A stretch of 64,000 bases of DNA. Origin: Gemmatimonadota bacterium (lineage in GTDB: Bacteria > Gemmatimonadota > Gemmatimonadetes > Longimicrobiales > RSA9). Of this stretch, positions 37,567-50,309 are shown piece by piece. Numbering within the stretch: the stretch's first letter is position 1; each line of letters opens with the position of its first letter. Made by a program: the position numbers and the translations under genes. The notes beneath the pieces are model-generated. The model was not told the origin of the DNA. It was given only the letters and a program-made list of their open reading frames with translations, and searched no databases. The stretch spans positions 4,422-68,421 of the forward strand of contig JARRJS010000003.1 in NCBI GenBank assembly GCA_037388885.1. The letters are read 5' to 3'.

Positions 37567-38064
37567 TCAGGCGGCTTCCGGGTGTGGAAACGTGCGAATG
37601 AAGACGTAGCCGACGTCGAGCTCCGGCACGAAGCTGAGAACGACGTGCACGTGCCGCACGTCGCCGGCGATGCGGACATCGATCGTCTCGGCGAACCGGG
37701 TCTCGTATGCACCCTGCGCGATCGTGCGGTAGCGTTTGCCGAGGCAATGGGCCTCGAACGCGGGCGCCACCTCCCGGAACAGGTCGTGGCCTTCCACGGC
37801 GTCCTTCAGGCCCTGGGAGCCGTGATCGTGGCCGTAGAACCGAAGCACCCGTCCTTCGCGGTCCAACTCGGCGAAACCGGACAGCGCCCACTTCATGTCG
37901 GACGACGCGACCCCGAACCCATCCAACTCTGCTTCACAAGGTTCGGCCATGATGCCAGCCTCCTTTGCGCGCTGGTGATGCCTGCGCAAGCCGTTTACGA
38001 GCGTCTGTATTGACTGAACCATTTCCACATCCCAGGTTTCCCTTAGCCCCATGTAAGAATCCAC
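37567..38064 (-). CDS. Small stand-alone PAS-domain protein resembling photoactive yellow protein
   Basis: The segment LDREGRVLRFYGHDHGSQGL...LFREVAPAFEAHCLGKRYR aligns by eye with PYP [20 protein letters not shown]...FFKDVAPCTDSPEFYGKFK. The chromophore Cys position is Ala here. Confidence 0.55.
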   Translation of the reverse strand: MDSYMGLRETWDVEMVQSIQTLVNGLRRHHQRAKEAGIMAEPCEAELDGFGVASSDMKWALSGFAELDREGRVLRFYGHDHGSQGLKDAVEGHDLFREVAPAFEAHCLGKRYRTIAQGAYETRFAETIDVRIAGDVRHVHVVLSFVPELDVGYVFIRTFPHPEAA

Positions 38065-38088
38065 GGCGGCGACAGAGGCGCAGACGTC

Positions 38089-38526
38089 TCACGCGACACT
38101 CCGTTGCGCGTATCGACGTGCAGGGGCGTAGTCGGAATCCGTGAGCGCAGCCCGGACGTCGTTCCGCGAGTGGATCTCGAGCTTGGAGAGCACGCGCTCG
38201 CTATGGCGGCGGACCGTATGTACGCTGATCCCGAGGCGCCGTGCGATCTCGAAGTTGGAGAGCCGGTCGGCCATGAGCCGTGCGACATCGCTTTCGCGCG
38301 GGGTGAGTTCGAAACGATGTCGCAGGTCGTGGTTATCCGGCAGTGCCCGTCGCTCGACGACGACGACCATGATGGGATCGCGCCGGTCCGGGCCGTGAAG
38401 CATGAGCGCGCCGGTGTAGCGAGCCGAGCCTCCGATCGCGGCGTCGATGCGCGCCCAGAGATCGTCATCGATCTGGCGGGCAGAGCTCGGCTCGGCCGCA
38501 GAAGCATTGACGGAGTGCAAGTACAT
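38089..38526 (-). CDS. LuxR/GerE-family HTH transcriptional regulator
   Basis: The C-terminal HTH is LTPRESDVARLMADRLSNFEIARRLGISVHTVRRHSERVLSKL. Confidence 0.85.
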   Translation of the reverse strand: MYLHSVNASAAEPSSARQIDDDLWARIDAAIGGSARYTGALMLHGPDRRDPIMVVVVERRALPDNHDLRHRFELTPRESDVARLMADRLSNFEIARRLGISVHTVRRHSERVLSKLEIHSRNDVRAALTDSDYAPARRYAQRSVA

Positions 38527-38626
38527 GATGGTGTCGGGTCGTTATAGGCGTCCGTTGTAGCCGCCTTGCGCGGACACTATCGCGATCCTGCGGTGACGGG
38601 TCAGTCACTTACAGATAACGGGCGTC

Positions 38627-41005
38627 ATGGCTAGCAGAATCAGCGTTCTCGGCACGTCGGACCTCCGCCGTGAAGACGGCACGCAGGTCCAATCGGTGCT
38701 CCACCAGCCTCGGAGATTCGCCCTCCTCGTCTACCTCGCGCTCGCCTCCCGTCAGGGCCCGGTGCGGCGGGACACGGTCATGGGCGTGTTCTGGGCGGAC
38801 AAGCCGCAGGACAAAGCGCGAGGCGCCCTCAACCAGGCCGTGCACTATGTCCGCCGGTCCCTGGGACAGGACGCCATCGTGACGACCGGCGACACGATCG
38901 AGCTGGACCGCACGCTGGTGAGCTGTGACGCGGCCGAATTCCTGGATGCCGTCGACGGCGAACGCTGGAGGATTGCGGCCGATCTCTACGCCGGCGACCT
39001 CATGCCCGGCTTCTTCGATAGCGCGGACGCGGTCGACTTCGAGCACTGGCTGGACGCGGAGCGCCGTCGGCTGGAGCGCGCGGCGAGTGAGGCGGCGTGG
39101 CGCCTTGCGAAGGAAGCGGAGGCGGCCGGCGAGACGGCCGATGCCGTGGTCTGGGCCCGCCGCGTATGCGAATGGTCGACCAACGACGAGGCGGAAGTTC
39201 GCCGGGTCATGGTGTTCATGGCCGAGCTGGGTGACCGGACGGGCGTCGTGGATGCCTACGAGAGCCTCAAGGCGGCGCTGCATCCGCTGGCGGTCGAGCC
39301 TGCGCCGGAGACCACGGACCTGGTGCGATCGCTGCGGAAGAAGTGGGAGGAAGAGGACACGGCTGTGGCGACCGATCAGCCGGCGGCCCCCACACAGCCG
39401 CAGCCAATGCCGAAAGCGCGAGGCAATACACGTCGCTGGCCGGTCCCCGTGGCCGGTGCCTGGAGGCAACTCCAGCGCCTGCGGTCCGGCGCCGTGACGC
39501 TCGTGCTGACCCTGGCGCTGATCTCGCTCTGGGGGCTCCGGCGCGACGCTCGTACGGCGGGGGACCCGGCGCCCGACAACCCGCATCCGACCGTCCTGGT
39601 GGAATCGTTGCAGGCGGAAGCCAACGGACCGGTCGCGGCGGGCGCCCTTGGCGACCAGATCGTCACGCAGCTGCAGTCGATGACGGGCTTCAACGTCGTG
39701 GATGGCACCAACGGGAAACCGTCTCGTGCGCCGTCCGCGAATTTTGTGCTCCGGGGCGGCCTGATCCGGACGGGAGACCACCTCCAGGCGAACGTCCACC
39801 TGATCGACGGGACGAACGGCAGCACCGTCGCCAGCGAGCAATTCGATCGCACGCAGCCGGACTCCCTGGCCACGCTGGACGAGCTGAGCGCCGCCATCGC
39901 CAGCTTCACCCGGCGTTCCATCGGCACCATCGAGGAAGAACGCCGCATCGCCAACGCCGATGCGCCGCCCGCGGCGATTACGCTGGTGCAGCTCGGGCGC
40001 GGAGACCTGAGGCTCGCCGACTCACTCCGTGACACCGACGTCTACACAGCGGCCGCCGCCAGCTACGAGAAGGCCGACTCCACGTTCGTGGAAGCCGCAG
40101 CGCAGGCCAAGAACTGGTCGCAACCGTGGATCGAACGAGCACGCGCGGCACAGGGGCAGATGTGGCTTCGTCTCCTGGACCCCTCCGCCTCGGCGCGTGA
40201 GAGCGCGCTGGATATGGCGTTGCAGGGCGCGAATTACGCATCCAAGGCCGTCGAAAAATCCAAGGATTCGGCTGAAGCGCTGGAAATACGCGCCAGGCTG
40301 GAGCACTGGGCCTGGCAGCTCTCGGACGGGATGACCAGCGCACAGAGGACAGCGCTCCTCGACCGAGCGGAGAACGATGCACGGAAGGTCACCGCGCTGG
40401 CCCCGCGCCGCGCTACTGCATGGAATCTGCTGGGAGGCATCGCCATCCAGCGCGGAGAATGGGGAGACGCCTACTGGGCGTTGACACGAGCGATCGGCGC
40501 GGATGCCTACCTGAAGAGCAACGCGGAGATCACGTTGAGACTCTTCACCGCCGCGTGGGAGACGAACAACATCGATGCGGCCCGGTCATGGTGCGACCTG
40601 ATCGAGCAACAGATGGGCCGGACCTGGCCGACCGCCTATTGCCGACTGCACCTGGATGCCGTACAGAGCAGGCCGGACACGAACCAGGTCGACAGCTTGC
40701 GTATGGATCTCAAGACAGCTGCCGATTGGACCAGAATCCGACCCTCCTTCGATGCACTGGCCGCGGTGATATTTGCGCGGAACGGCGACAGAAGCCGCGC
40801 AGAAGCCCTGTTGAAGGGGATTCCGAGCTCGACCCCCCTCGCCGACGATGCCACGAAGTTCGAAGCCTGGGCTTGGCTCGAGCTTCGAGATGACGAGACA
40901 GCGCGAGCGTTACTCGGGCGCTATGTGGAAGCATCGCCTTCGGCCCGAAGCGGCATCCTCCGGAGTCGCCGTTTCTCGACGCTGGCCATGTCGACCCCGA
41001 ATTGA
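38627..41005 (+). CDS. BTAD/SARP-like transcriptional regulator fused to a TM segment, TolB-like domain and TPR tail
   Basis: An N-terminal winged-helix plus BTAD region (PRRFALLVYLAL...AEFLDAV...ADLYAGDLMPGF...HWLDAERRRL) is followed by a TM segment (VTLVLTLALISLW), a periplasmic domain and TPR-like repeats. Confidence 0.8.
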   Translation: MASRISVLGTSDLRREDGTQVQSVLHQPRRFALLVYLALASRQGPVRRDTVMGVFWADKPQDKARGALNQAVHYVRRSLGQDAIVTTGDTIELDRTLVSCDAAEFLDAVDGERWRIAADLYAGDLMPGFFDSADAVDFEHWLDAERRRLERAASEAAWRLAKEAEAAGETADAVVWARRVCEWSTNDEAEVRRVMVFMAELGDRTGVVDAYESLKAALHPLAVEPAPETTDLVRSLRKKWEEEDTAVATDQPAAPTQPQPMPKARGNTRRWPVPVAGAWRQLQRLRSGAVTLVLTLALISLWGLRRDARTAGDPAPDNPHPTVLVESLQAEANGPVAAGALGDQIVTQLQSMTGFNVVDGTNGKPSRAPSANFVLRGGLIRTGDHLQANVHLIDGTNGSTVASEQFDRTQPDSLATLDELSAAIASFTRRSIGTIEEERRIANADAPPAAITLVQLGRGDLRLADSLRDTDVYTAAAASYEKADSTFVEAAAQAKNWSQPWIERARAAQGQMWLRLLDPSASARESALDMALQGANYASKAVEKSKDSAEALEIRARLEHWAWQLSDGMTSAQRTALLDRAENDARKVTALAPRRATAWNLLGGIAIQRGEWGDAYWALTRAIGADAYLKSNAEITLRLFTAAWETNNIDAARSWCDLIEQQMGRTWPTAYCRLHLDAVQSRPDTNQVDSLRMDLKTAADWTRIRPSFDALAAVIFARNGDRSRAEALLKGIPSSTPLADDATKFEAWAWLELRDDETARALLGRYVEASPSARSGILRSRRFSTLAMSTPN

Positions 41006-41052
41006 CGTGTTGCGGCCAGGCCGAGGCGAACGATCAACGTCCGTGCCTAGTT

Positions 41053-41313
41053 CTAATCGGTGCAGTACCACAGGCCGTTGATTTGTATGCACTTGGGCTT
41101 GGTCATGATCGTCGCTGATTCTGTCGTACACACCGTCGAGCCGTCGATCGTCTGACACGAATCGGTCGTCTTGCTGGCGAGGGTCTGCGTCGGTGCTGTC
41201 ATCGCTTCGGTGCTGGGCGCGGTCGGGTCGGTGGAGCATGCGCCGAAGGAGCCGACCACGATGAAGACCAGGGCGCCCAGGAGCGCGTGGCGGATGTTGT
41301 GAGCCTGGATCAT
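41053..41313 (-). CDS. Small Thr/Ser-rich lipoprotein with two C-x8-C motifs
   Basis: The ATG at 41313 has GGGGAG about 9 nt upstream. The protein begins MIQAHNIRHALLGALVFIVVGSFGAC (lipobox). The mature part is about 61 aa and contains CQTIDGSTVC and CIQINGLWYC. Confidence 0.55.
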   Translation of the reverse strand: MIQAHNIRHALLGALVFIVVGSFGACSTDPTAPSTEAMTAPTQTLASKTTDSCQTIDGSTVCTTESATIMTKPKCIQINGLWYCTD

Positions 41314-41506
41314 GATGCTTCTCCCCTGTGAGTTGGAGTTTTGCCCGCTTCCCAGCATAGGCACGGAGGGGCGGGGCCGCATGGGGCACGACGCCCTATA
41401 TGCAGCCGGGGTGGTCCGGGACTGCGGGAATCGTCCGGGAAGCTAGTTGGTTCATCGCGGACGGTGCACCAGTCGCCAGTTTCGTCTCGTTCTGCAATCG
41501 TCGTGA

Positions 41507-44851
<3,345 letters not shown>

Positions 44852-44964
44852 GGAACACGAAAGCGCACGACAACGGCAGGGAAGCGGACAATTGGTCAGA
44901 TGCGCCCACTCTGCCGCTTGATGCCGCATCCGACCGACGGGCTCGTGTCTCGTCGGCTCCGTTC

Positions 44965-44994
44965 CACCGCCCGGGCTTCGAGGTCCGGGCGGTG
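44965..44994 (+). terminator. Candidate terminator hairpin downstream of the GH2 gene
   Basis: CACCGCCCGG-(10 nt)-CCGGGCGGTG forms a perfect 10-bp stem followed by TTGCTGTG. Confidence 0.45.
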
Positions 44995-45071
44995 TTGCTG
45001 TGAGCCGTGGGTGCGGATTACAGTACGATCATGCCGAACGCTGGACACAGACAATCCGCGGAGAATCGACC

Positions 45072-46448
45072 ATGAGACGTTCATTGCGCATGCTGCTGCT
45101 GGGCCTGGTGGTGGGAGTGGCGAGTTTTGCGTGCATGAAGCCGGCGGGCGATGCCGCGGCCGCAGGGCGGGTGCCCGTGCCGGGCACGCACGCCTTCACG
45201 GCGCAGACGGCGCTATACGAGGTGTTCGTCCGGGACTTCTCGCCGGAGGGCACGCTGCAAGGCGTGATCCGGGGGTTGGATCGGATCCAGGCGACGGGCG
45301 CAGAGGTCGTGTGGCTGATGCCGATCTACCCGGTGGGCGTCAAGAACCACAAGGGGAAGCTGGGGTCGCCGTATGCGGTGAAGGACTATCATGCCATCAA
45401 CCCGGCCTTCGGCACCGCGGCGGACCTCCATGAGCTGGTGGACTCGGTCCACGCCCGGGGCATGAAGATCATCCTGGGCTGGGTGCCCAATCACACGGCC
45501 TGGGACAACGTGTGGGTGACCGAGCACCCGGACTACTATGCCCACACCGCGGACGGCAAGATGACGGTGCCGCGCGACCTGAGCGGCCACCTCACGGACT
45601 GGACGGACGTGGCCGAGCTGGACTACGACAACCCCGCGCTGCGCCGTGCCATGATCGACGCCATGAAGTACTGGCTCACCACGTTCGACGTGGACGGTTT
45701 CCGCATGGACGTGGCGGGCTTTATCCCCGACAGCTTCTGGAAGGAAGCGATCCCGCAGCTGCGTGCGGTGAGGCCCATCCTGCTGCTGGCGGAGTGGGAC
45801 GACCCCAAGATGCAGGCGGACGGGTTCGACCTGACGTATCCGTGGTCGTCGTACAGTCGGTTGAAGGCAGTCTGGAAAGGCGGACCCGCGGCGGATTTCG
45901 TGGAGAAAGAGTTGCAGGACCTGGCGCAGTACCCGGACAGCGGCGGCATGCGCATGCGCATGACGACGAATCACGACGAGACGGCGTGGGACGCGCCGCC
46001 GGTCACCCTCTTCGGCGGCCCCGCCGGGGCGCGGGCCGCGTACGTCGCCATGGCGCTACTGCCCGGCCCACCGCTGCTCTACAACGGCCAGGCGGTGGAG
46101 AGCCCGCAGAAGCTCGGCCTGTTCGACAAGGAGCCGGTGGACTGGAACCAGCCCGACGCAGACGAGGCACGGGCGTTCTACCGGAAGGTGATCGGGCTGT
46201 CCCGCACGAACCCGTCCCTGGTGAACGGCGGGCTCGCGGTGGTGGCCACCGACGCGGAGCAGGACGTGATCGCGTACCGGCGCGGCGATGTCGTCGTCCT
46301 GGTCAACGCGCGCTCGAAGCGTGTGAACGCAACGGTGACGGCCCCCGACCTGAACGGCGCTCGAAACCTGCTCGGCGGCGGCGTGCAACATGGCCAGACG
46401 GTGGCGCTGCCGGCGTACGGGGCAGTGGTCCTGGCGCTGGCCGGCTGA
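45072..46448 (+). CDS. GH13 alpha-amylase-family glycosidase, exported
   Basis: A signal/lipobox-like N-terminus (LLLGLVVGVASFAC) is present. The conserved GH13 regions are WVPNH, GFRMDVAGF, LLAEWD and TTNHDE. Confidence 0.88.
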   Translation: MRRSLRMLLLGLVVGVASFACMKPAGDAAAAGRVPVPGTHAFTAQTALYEVFVRDFSPEGTLQGVIRGLDRIQATGAEVVWLMPIYPVGVKNHKGKLGSPYAVKDYHAINPAFGTAADLHELVDSVHARGMKIILGWVPNHTAWDNVWVTEHPDYYAHTADGKMTVPRDLSGHLTDWTDVAELDYDNPALRRAMIDAMKYWLTTFDVDGFRMDVAGFIPDSFWKEAIPQLRAVRPILLLAEWDDPKMQADGFDLTYPWSSYSRLKAVWKGGPAADFVEKELQDLAQYPDSGGMRMRMTTNHDETAWDAPPVTLFGGPAGARAAYVAMALLPGPPLLYNGQAVESPQKLGLFDKEPVDWNQPDADEARAFYRKVIGLSRTNPSLVNGGLAVVATDAEQDVIAYRRGDVVVLVNARSKRVNATVTAPDLNGARNLLGGGVQHGQTVALPAYGAVVLALAG

Positions 46449-46578
46449 CCCCGACGCGGTAGCCACCACCTTTCGAGTGCGGGCAACGGTCGCCCGAGAT
46501 TGGCGCGTTTTGCCAGAAGAACGGCACGTTCTGCCTGCACAGGCGGTTCCAGGTCCGTGGGCGGGGACGTGGGCTGTG

Positions 46579-47322
46579 TCAGAGCCGGTTCAACAGGAAG
46601 TCGGGCGTGAACCGGACCAAGTATCCCGCCAGCAGGGTGAACGACCCCGTGAGCAGCAGCACGCCCACGAGGACGAGCATGGCGCCGCTGATGCGGTTGA
46701 CCAGTGGCAACCAGCGACGAATGCGCCTGGACCCGTCCAGGAACCGGCCCAACAGCAGGGATGTCGCCAGGAACGGAATGGCGAGGCCGACAGAATAGAC
46801 GGCGAGCAGTTGCACGCCGGCGGTCATGCCTCCGCCAGCAGCTGCCAGCGTCAGAATGCCGCCCAGAACGGGGCCGATGCAGGGCGTCCAGCCGGCGGCG
46901 AACACGACGCCGGCCAGCACGCTGCCGGCGTAGCCCGCCGGCTTGCGGGCGAGCTGGAACCGACGTTCGCGCTCGAGACCGGGTACCGGCAGCACACCCA
47001 TGACGTGGAGGCCGAACAGGACGATCAGAATCCCGCCCACGCGCTGAAGCCAGACGCCGTGTGTCCGAAGCAGGGCGCCCAAGTAGCTGGCGGAAGCGCC
47101 CAGCGCGATGAACACCAGGCTGAACCCCACGACGAAGAAGAGGCCGTGGACGAGCACTGCCCGGCGGATGCGCGCGGCCTGTGCGCCCTCCGAGGTCAGC
47201 TCGTCGTAGGTCATCCCCGTCAGGAACGAGGCGTAGCTCGGGACGAGCGGCAACACGCACGGAGACAGGAAGCTGAGAATCCCCGCCAGGAACGCCACCG
47301 TTATGCCGATATGGGCCGTCAT
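46579..47322 (-). CDS. ccdA: Cytochrome c biogenesis / thiol-disulfide transporter CcdA (DsbD family)
   Basis: The motifs LSFLSPCVLPLVPSY and AAGWTPCIGPVLG are present, with about 6 TM segments. Confidence 0.88.
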   Translation of the reverse strand: MTAHIGITVAFLAGILSFLSPCVLPLVPSYASFLTGMTYDELTSEGAQAARIRRAVLVHGLFFVVGFSLVFIALGASASYLGALLRTHGVWLQRVGGILIVLFGLHVMGVLPVPGLERERRFQLARKPAGYAGSVLAGVVFAAGWTPCIGPVLGGILTLAAAGGGMTAGVQLLAVYSVGLAIPFLATSLLLGRFLDGSRRIRRWLPLVNRISGAMLVLVGVLLLTGSFTLLAGYLVRFTPDFLLNRL

Positions 47323-47466
47323 GCGATACGTGTTCGGGCATTCGCGATGCCAACGCCGGCATGTCGCTGTGAACCTCGCGGTGCACCGGTGAACGGGGCA
47401 TGAGAATGCCGTGAAGGACGCTTCATGCTTGGCGTCTGAGCGGCCCTTTCACGCCGACGCGCAGCC

Positions 47467-48339
47467 TCAGAAGCTCCAGCTCAAGCGCAGCGCGCCCCCG
47501 CCGCTCGCCATGTGGAACCGGTTGCCGTCCTCGTGGCTCTGCTCGTTCTGTGTGAAGCTCGTGTAGTGCAGGACGACGCCGGCGCTCCAGCGCGCTGCGA
47601 GCAGGACGTGGAGGCCCGCGTCGGCATCCCACCGTTGCTGGCCCAGTCGCACGAGCCCGCCCTCGTGGCGCAGCGAGGACACCCACGGCAACGCGCCTGC
47701 ATCGGCGGCGAGGCGCAGGCCCAAACCGCCTCCCAGCGGCAGGCGCAGGCCGACCCCGAGGAAGGGCGCGGGCAGCTCCTGCGTGACGAAGTCCTCCCTG
47801 GTCTCGTGGCCGACAGTCGTCGGCGACAGCGTGCCCAGCAGCCGGAACTCGAGAAGCGTCGCGTCCAGGCCGGCGCGGCCCCAGAGGGCGCCGCCTGCAC
47901 CCACTCGTGCAAGGGGCCGGGCATACGCCACGACGACGCGGAGGAAATCCGTCGCGTTCGTGCGCGTCCGGACGACGGTTCCGCCCTGGAGCGTCGAGCC
48001 GTTGAAGTCGACATCATGAGCCAGACGCGCGCTGCCGCGCAGGGTCGTCGCGTCGATGCGCACGCCGACCACACCGGCGCCGGCGCGCAGATGCAGCCGC
48101 AGCGCCAGCGTGGAGGCCAGGTGTACGCCCAGGTCTCGTCCCAGGGACAGCCGGGTTCCCGCAATGGTGTTTTCCCGCACCTGCACCCAACCCGTGGGCT
48201 GCGCCAGCTCGTAGGCGATGCTCAACGTCCCCGGCCGCTGGCCTGCCACGGGCGTCGCGGCAGCCCACGTGAAGAACGCGAAGAGGGCCGGAACGCCGAG
48301 CGTGCAGCGTCCCGCGCAGCGGCGTGCGGTTCGCCGCAC
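47467..48339 (-). CDS. Putative outer-membrane beta-barrel protein
   Basis: Alternating beta-strand-like composition ends in ...LRLSWSF. I chose the GTG at 48339, which gives a signal-like N-terminus (RRTARRCAGRCTLGVPALFAFFTWAAATPVAGQ). The track ORF extends to 48555, and the start is uncertain. Confidence 0.5.
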   Translation of the reverse strand: MRRTARRCAGRCTLGVPALFAFFTWAAATPVAGQRPGTLSIAYELAQPTGWVQVRENTIAGTRLSLGRDLGVHLASTLALRLHLRAGAGVVGVRIDATTLRGSARLAHDVDFNGSTLQGGTVVRTRTNATDFLRVVVAYARPLARVGAGGALWGRAGLDATLLEFRLLGTLSPTTVGHETREDFVTQELPAPFLGVGLRLPLGGGLGLRLAADAGALPWVSSLRHEGGLVRLGQQRWDADAGLHVLLAARWSAGVVLHYTSFTQNEQSHEDGNRFHMASGGGALRLSWSF

Positions 48340-48554
48340 GGCGCCGATGCCGTCGTTCCGAGGTCGATTCGTGTTGGCCACGAACGGCAGGGCGGGCAAG
48401 AAAAAGGCCGGACCGGTACGGTGGCTCTCGACGGCCGCAAGGGAGTCACCGGGTCCACCGTCGGTTAAACGATCCGCGTCCCCGGGTTGTAGGGGCGGGT
48501 GAGGGCCGGGACAAGCCGGCCGGGGATTAGCCCCGAAAACTCGAGGAGAGAGCA

Positions 48555-49184
48555 ATGACGAAGGCGAGGACGATCACAGCGGCGGTCGCAGGCGCGGGCC
48601 TGGTCCTTCTGGTGGGGATCGCGGCGGCGCCGCAGCAGGCGCCCCCCCAGCTGAAGGTGGACGAGCTGGCGAGCCAGCTGGGTCTCACGCCGCAGGCGCA
48701 GAAGCAGATCGCGCCGCGTGTGGATGAGCTCAACGGGCTGCTGGTGCGGGCGGACAAGGCGCGGCAGGAGCACCAGCAGTTGTGGACGCAGCTGCAGGAT
48801 GTCGAGGGGAAGATCCTGGAGAGCCTGACGCCGACGCAGCGGCAGCAGTTTGCGGTCGCACTGGGGCAGGCGTGGGGGTATGGAGCGGCCGGCCAACGCG
48901 GCGGCTACATGGGCGGCTATATGGGATCCGGCCGCATGGGGTACGGCCCCGGCTCCATGATGGGCCCTGGCCGCATGGGGTACGGTCCTGGTCACATGGT
49001 GGGTCCGGGCGGCATGGGGTATGGCCCCATGGGGTACGGCCCCATGGGCTACGGACACATGGGATATGGCGGCATGGGTCGTGGTGGCATGCGGGGTGGC
49101 CACTGGGGTGGCATGCACGGCATGTGGGGCTGGCGCAGCGCGCCGCAGGACTCCAGTAATTCCAACCAGGGCGGCCCTCGGTGA
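48555..49184 (+). CDS. Periplasmic LTXXQ (Spy/CpxP/ZraP-like) protein with Met/Gly/Tyr-rich repeat tail
   Basis: GAGGAG lies upstream of the start. A signal/TM segment and helical region carry LTPTQRQQF (LTXXQ). The tail reads GGYMGGYMGSGRMGYGPGSMMGPGRMGYGPGHMVGPGGMGYGPMGYGPMGYGHMGYGGMGRGGMRGGHWGGMHGMWGW. Confidence 0.65.
   Translation: MTKARTITAAVAGAGLVLLVGIAAAPQQAPPQLKVDELASQLGLTPQAQKQIAPRVDELNGLLVRADKARQEHQQLWTQLQDVEGKILESLTPTQRQQFAVALGQAWGYGAAGQRGGYMGGYMGSGRMGYGPGSMMGPGRMGYGPGHMVGPGGMGYGPMGYGPMGYGHMGYGGMGRGGMRGGHWGGMHGMWGWRSAPQDSSNSNQGGPR
48873..49133 (+). repeat. In-frame low-complexity tandem repeat encoding (G)PG-x-MGYGP units
   Basis: Repeated catggggtacggcccc-type units are visible at nucleotide level across 48930..49070. 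The repeat lies inside the CDS 48555..49184. Confidence 0.7.
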
Positions 49185-49278
49185 GCCGTTCCAGGCGATG
49201 ACGCGTGGCGCCGGCCGCGGGGCAGCTGCCTCGGGGCCGGCGTGACGCCGCGATACGACGGAAACGCCCGGGGAGGCG

Positions 49279-49872
49279 ATGGCATCGGAGGCGAGCCATG
49301 GGAACGAAGGCCGGAACGGTCCGGCGGACGGCGTGCTGGCGCGCAGGGTCCAGCAGGGCGACCGGGCGGCGTTCGAGGTTCTCGCCCGGCGGTATCTGCG
49401 GCCGGTCCATGCGGTGGCGGCGTCGTATCTGCTGGAGCGGGCGGACGTGGAGGATGCAGCCCAGGACACGTTCCTGCGGGCGCTGGAGTCGATCGGCCGC
49501 TTCGACGCTGCGCGCCCGTTCGCGCCGTGGCTGTACCAGATCGCGCGCAACGTGGCGCGCAACCATCTCAAGTGGCGGCGCCGCCACCCGGCGGAGCCCG
49601 TGGACGCCGCCGTGCTGGCCGATGAGCGGCCATCGCCGGTGGCGGGGGCGGAACGTTCCGAGATGCAGGCCGTCGTGGAGGCCGCCATCGAGACGCTGCC
49701 GGAACAGCGGCGCACGGCGTTCCGGCTCGCGGACGTGGAGGGATATCCGGCAACGGAAGTCGCTCGCATCATGGGGCTCAGCTCCGGTGCGGTGCGAGCC
49801 CACATACACCATGCCCGGCGCGACCTGCGGGCGCGACTGGCCACGGTGTTGAAGGACGGAAACGAGATATGA
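49279..49872 (+). CDS. ECF sigma-70 factor
   Basis: Region 2 (AAQDTFLRALESIGRFDAARPFAPWLYQIARNVARN) and region 4 (RTAFRLADVEGYPATEVARIMGLSSGAVRAHIHHARRDLR) are recognisable. The start may instead be the downstream in-frame GTG (VLARRVQQGD). Confidence 0.88.
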   Translation: MASEASHGNEGRNGPADGVLARRVQQGDRAAFEVLARRYLRPVHAVAASYLLERADVEDAAQDTFLRALESIGRFDAARPFAPWLYQIARNVARNHLKWRRRHPAEPVDAAVLADERPSPVAGAERSEMQAVVEAAIETLPEQRRTAFRLADVEGYPATEVARIMGLSSGAVRAHIHHARRDLRARLATVLKDGNEI

Positions 49873-50309
49873 AGAAGAACGACCACGTGCCTGATCCGAT
49901 TCCGCGGGAGTGGCTGCCGGCGTCGCCGGTGGCGCCCGAAGAGGACGAGACCTACTGGAATGCGCGGCTGCGGTCCCTCATGGGAGAAGCGGAACCGGTG
50001 CTGGCGGAGTATCGCAGTCCGCGTCGGCGGGTTTCCTGGCTGGATGCCCTGGCCGCGCGCTGGCGGCCCGCGGTGGGCGGGGCGTTCGCCTTCGCGGCGT
50101 CGCTCGTGCTGGCCCTGGTTCTGGGCGCGGGTCGCGGAGGGAGCCAGGCACAGGGAACCCGGCCGCAACCGCGGGCCGTGGTGCTGGCGACCGTCGTGAG
50201 CGGCGGGGAGCCGGCCGCGCTGTGGCGGAGCACGGGCGTGCCCGCGGACCCGACGCTGGCCCTCATGGCCCTGGAGACCGGTACCGGGTCGGAAGGGGGG
50301 AGGCAATGA
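49869..50309 (+). CDS. Putative anti-sigma factor (single TM)
   Basis: The gene overlaps the sigma stop (ATGA) and the next start (ATGA). It has one TM segment (VGGAFAFAASLVLALVLGA). There is no recognisable zinc motif, so the call rests mainly on position. Confidence 0.5.
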   Translation: MKKNDHVPDPIPREWLPASPVAPEEDETYWNARLRSLMGEAEPVLAEYRSPRRRVSWLDALAARWRPAVGGAFAFAASLVLALVLGAGRGGSQAQGTRPQPRAVVLATVVSGGEPAALWRSTGVPADPTLALMALETGTGSEGGRQ

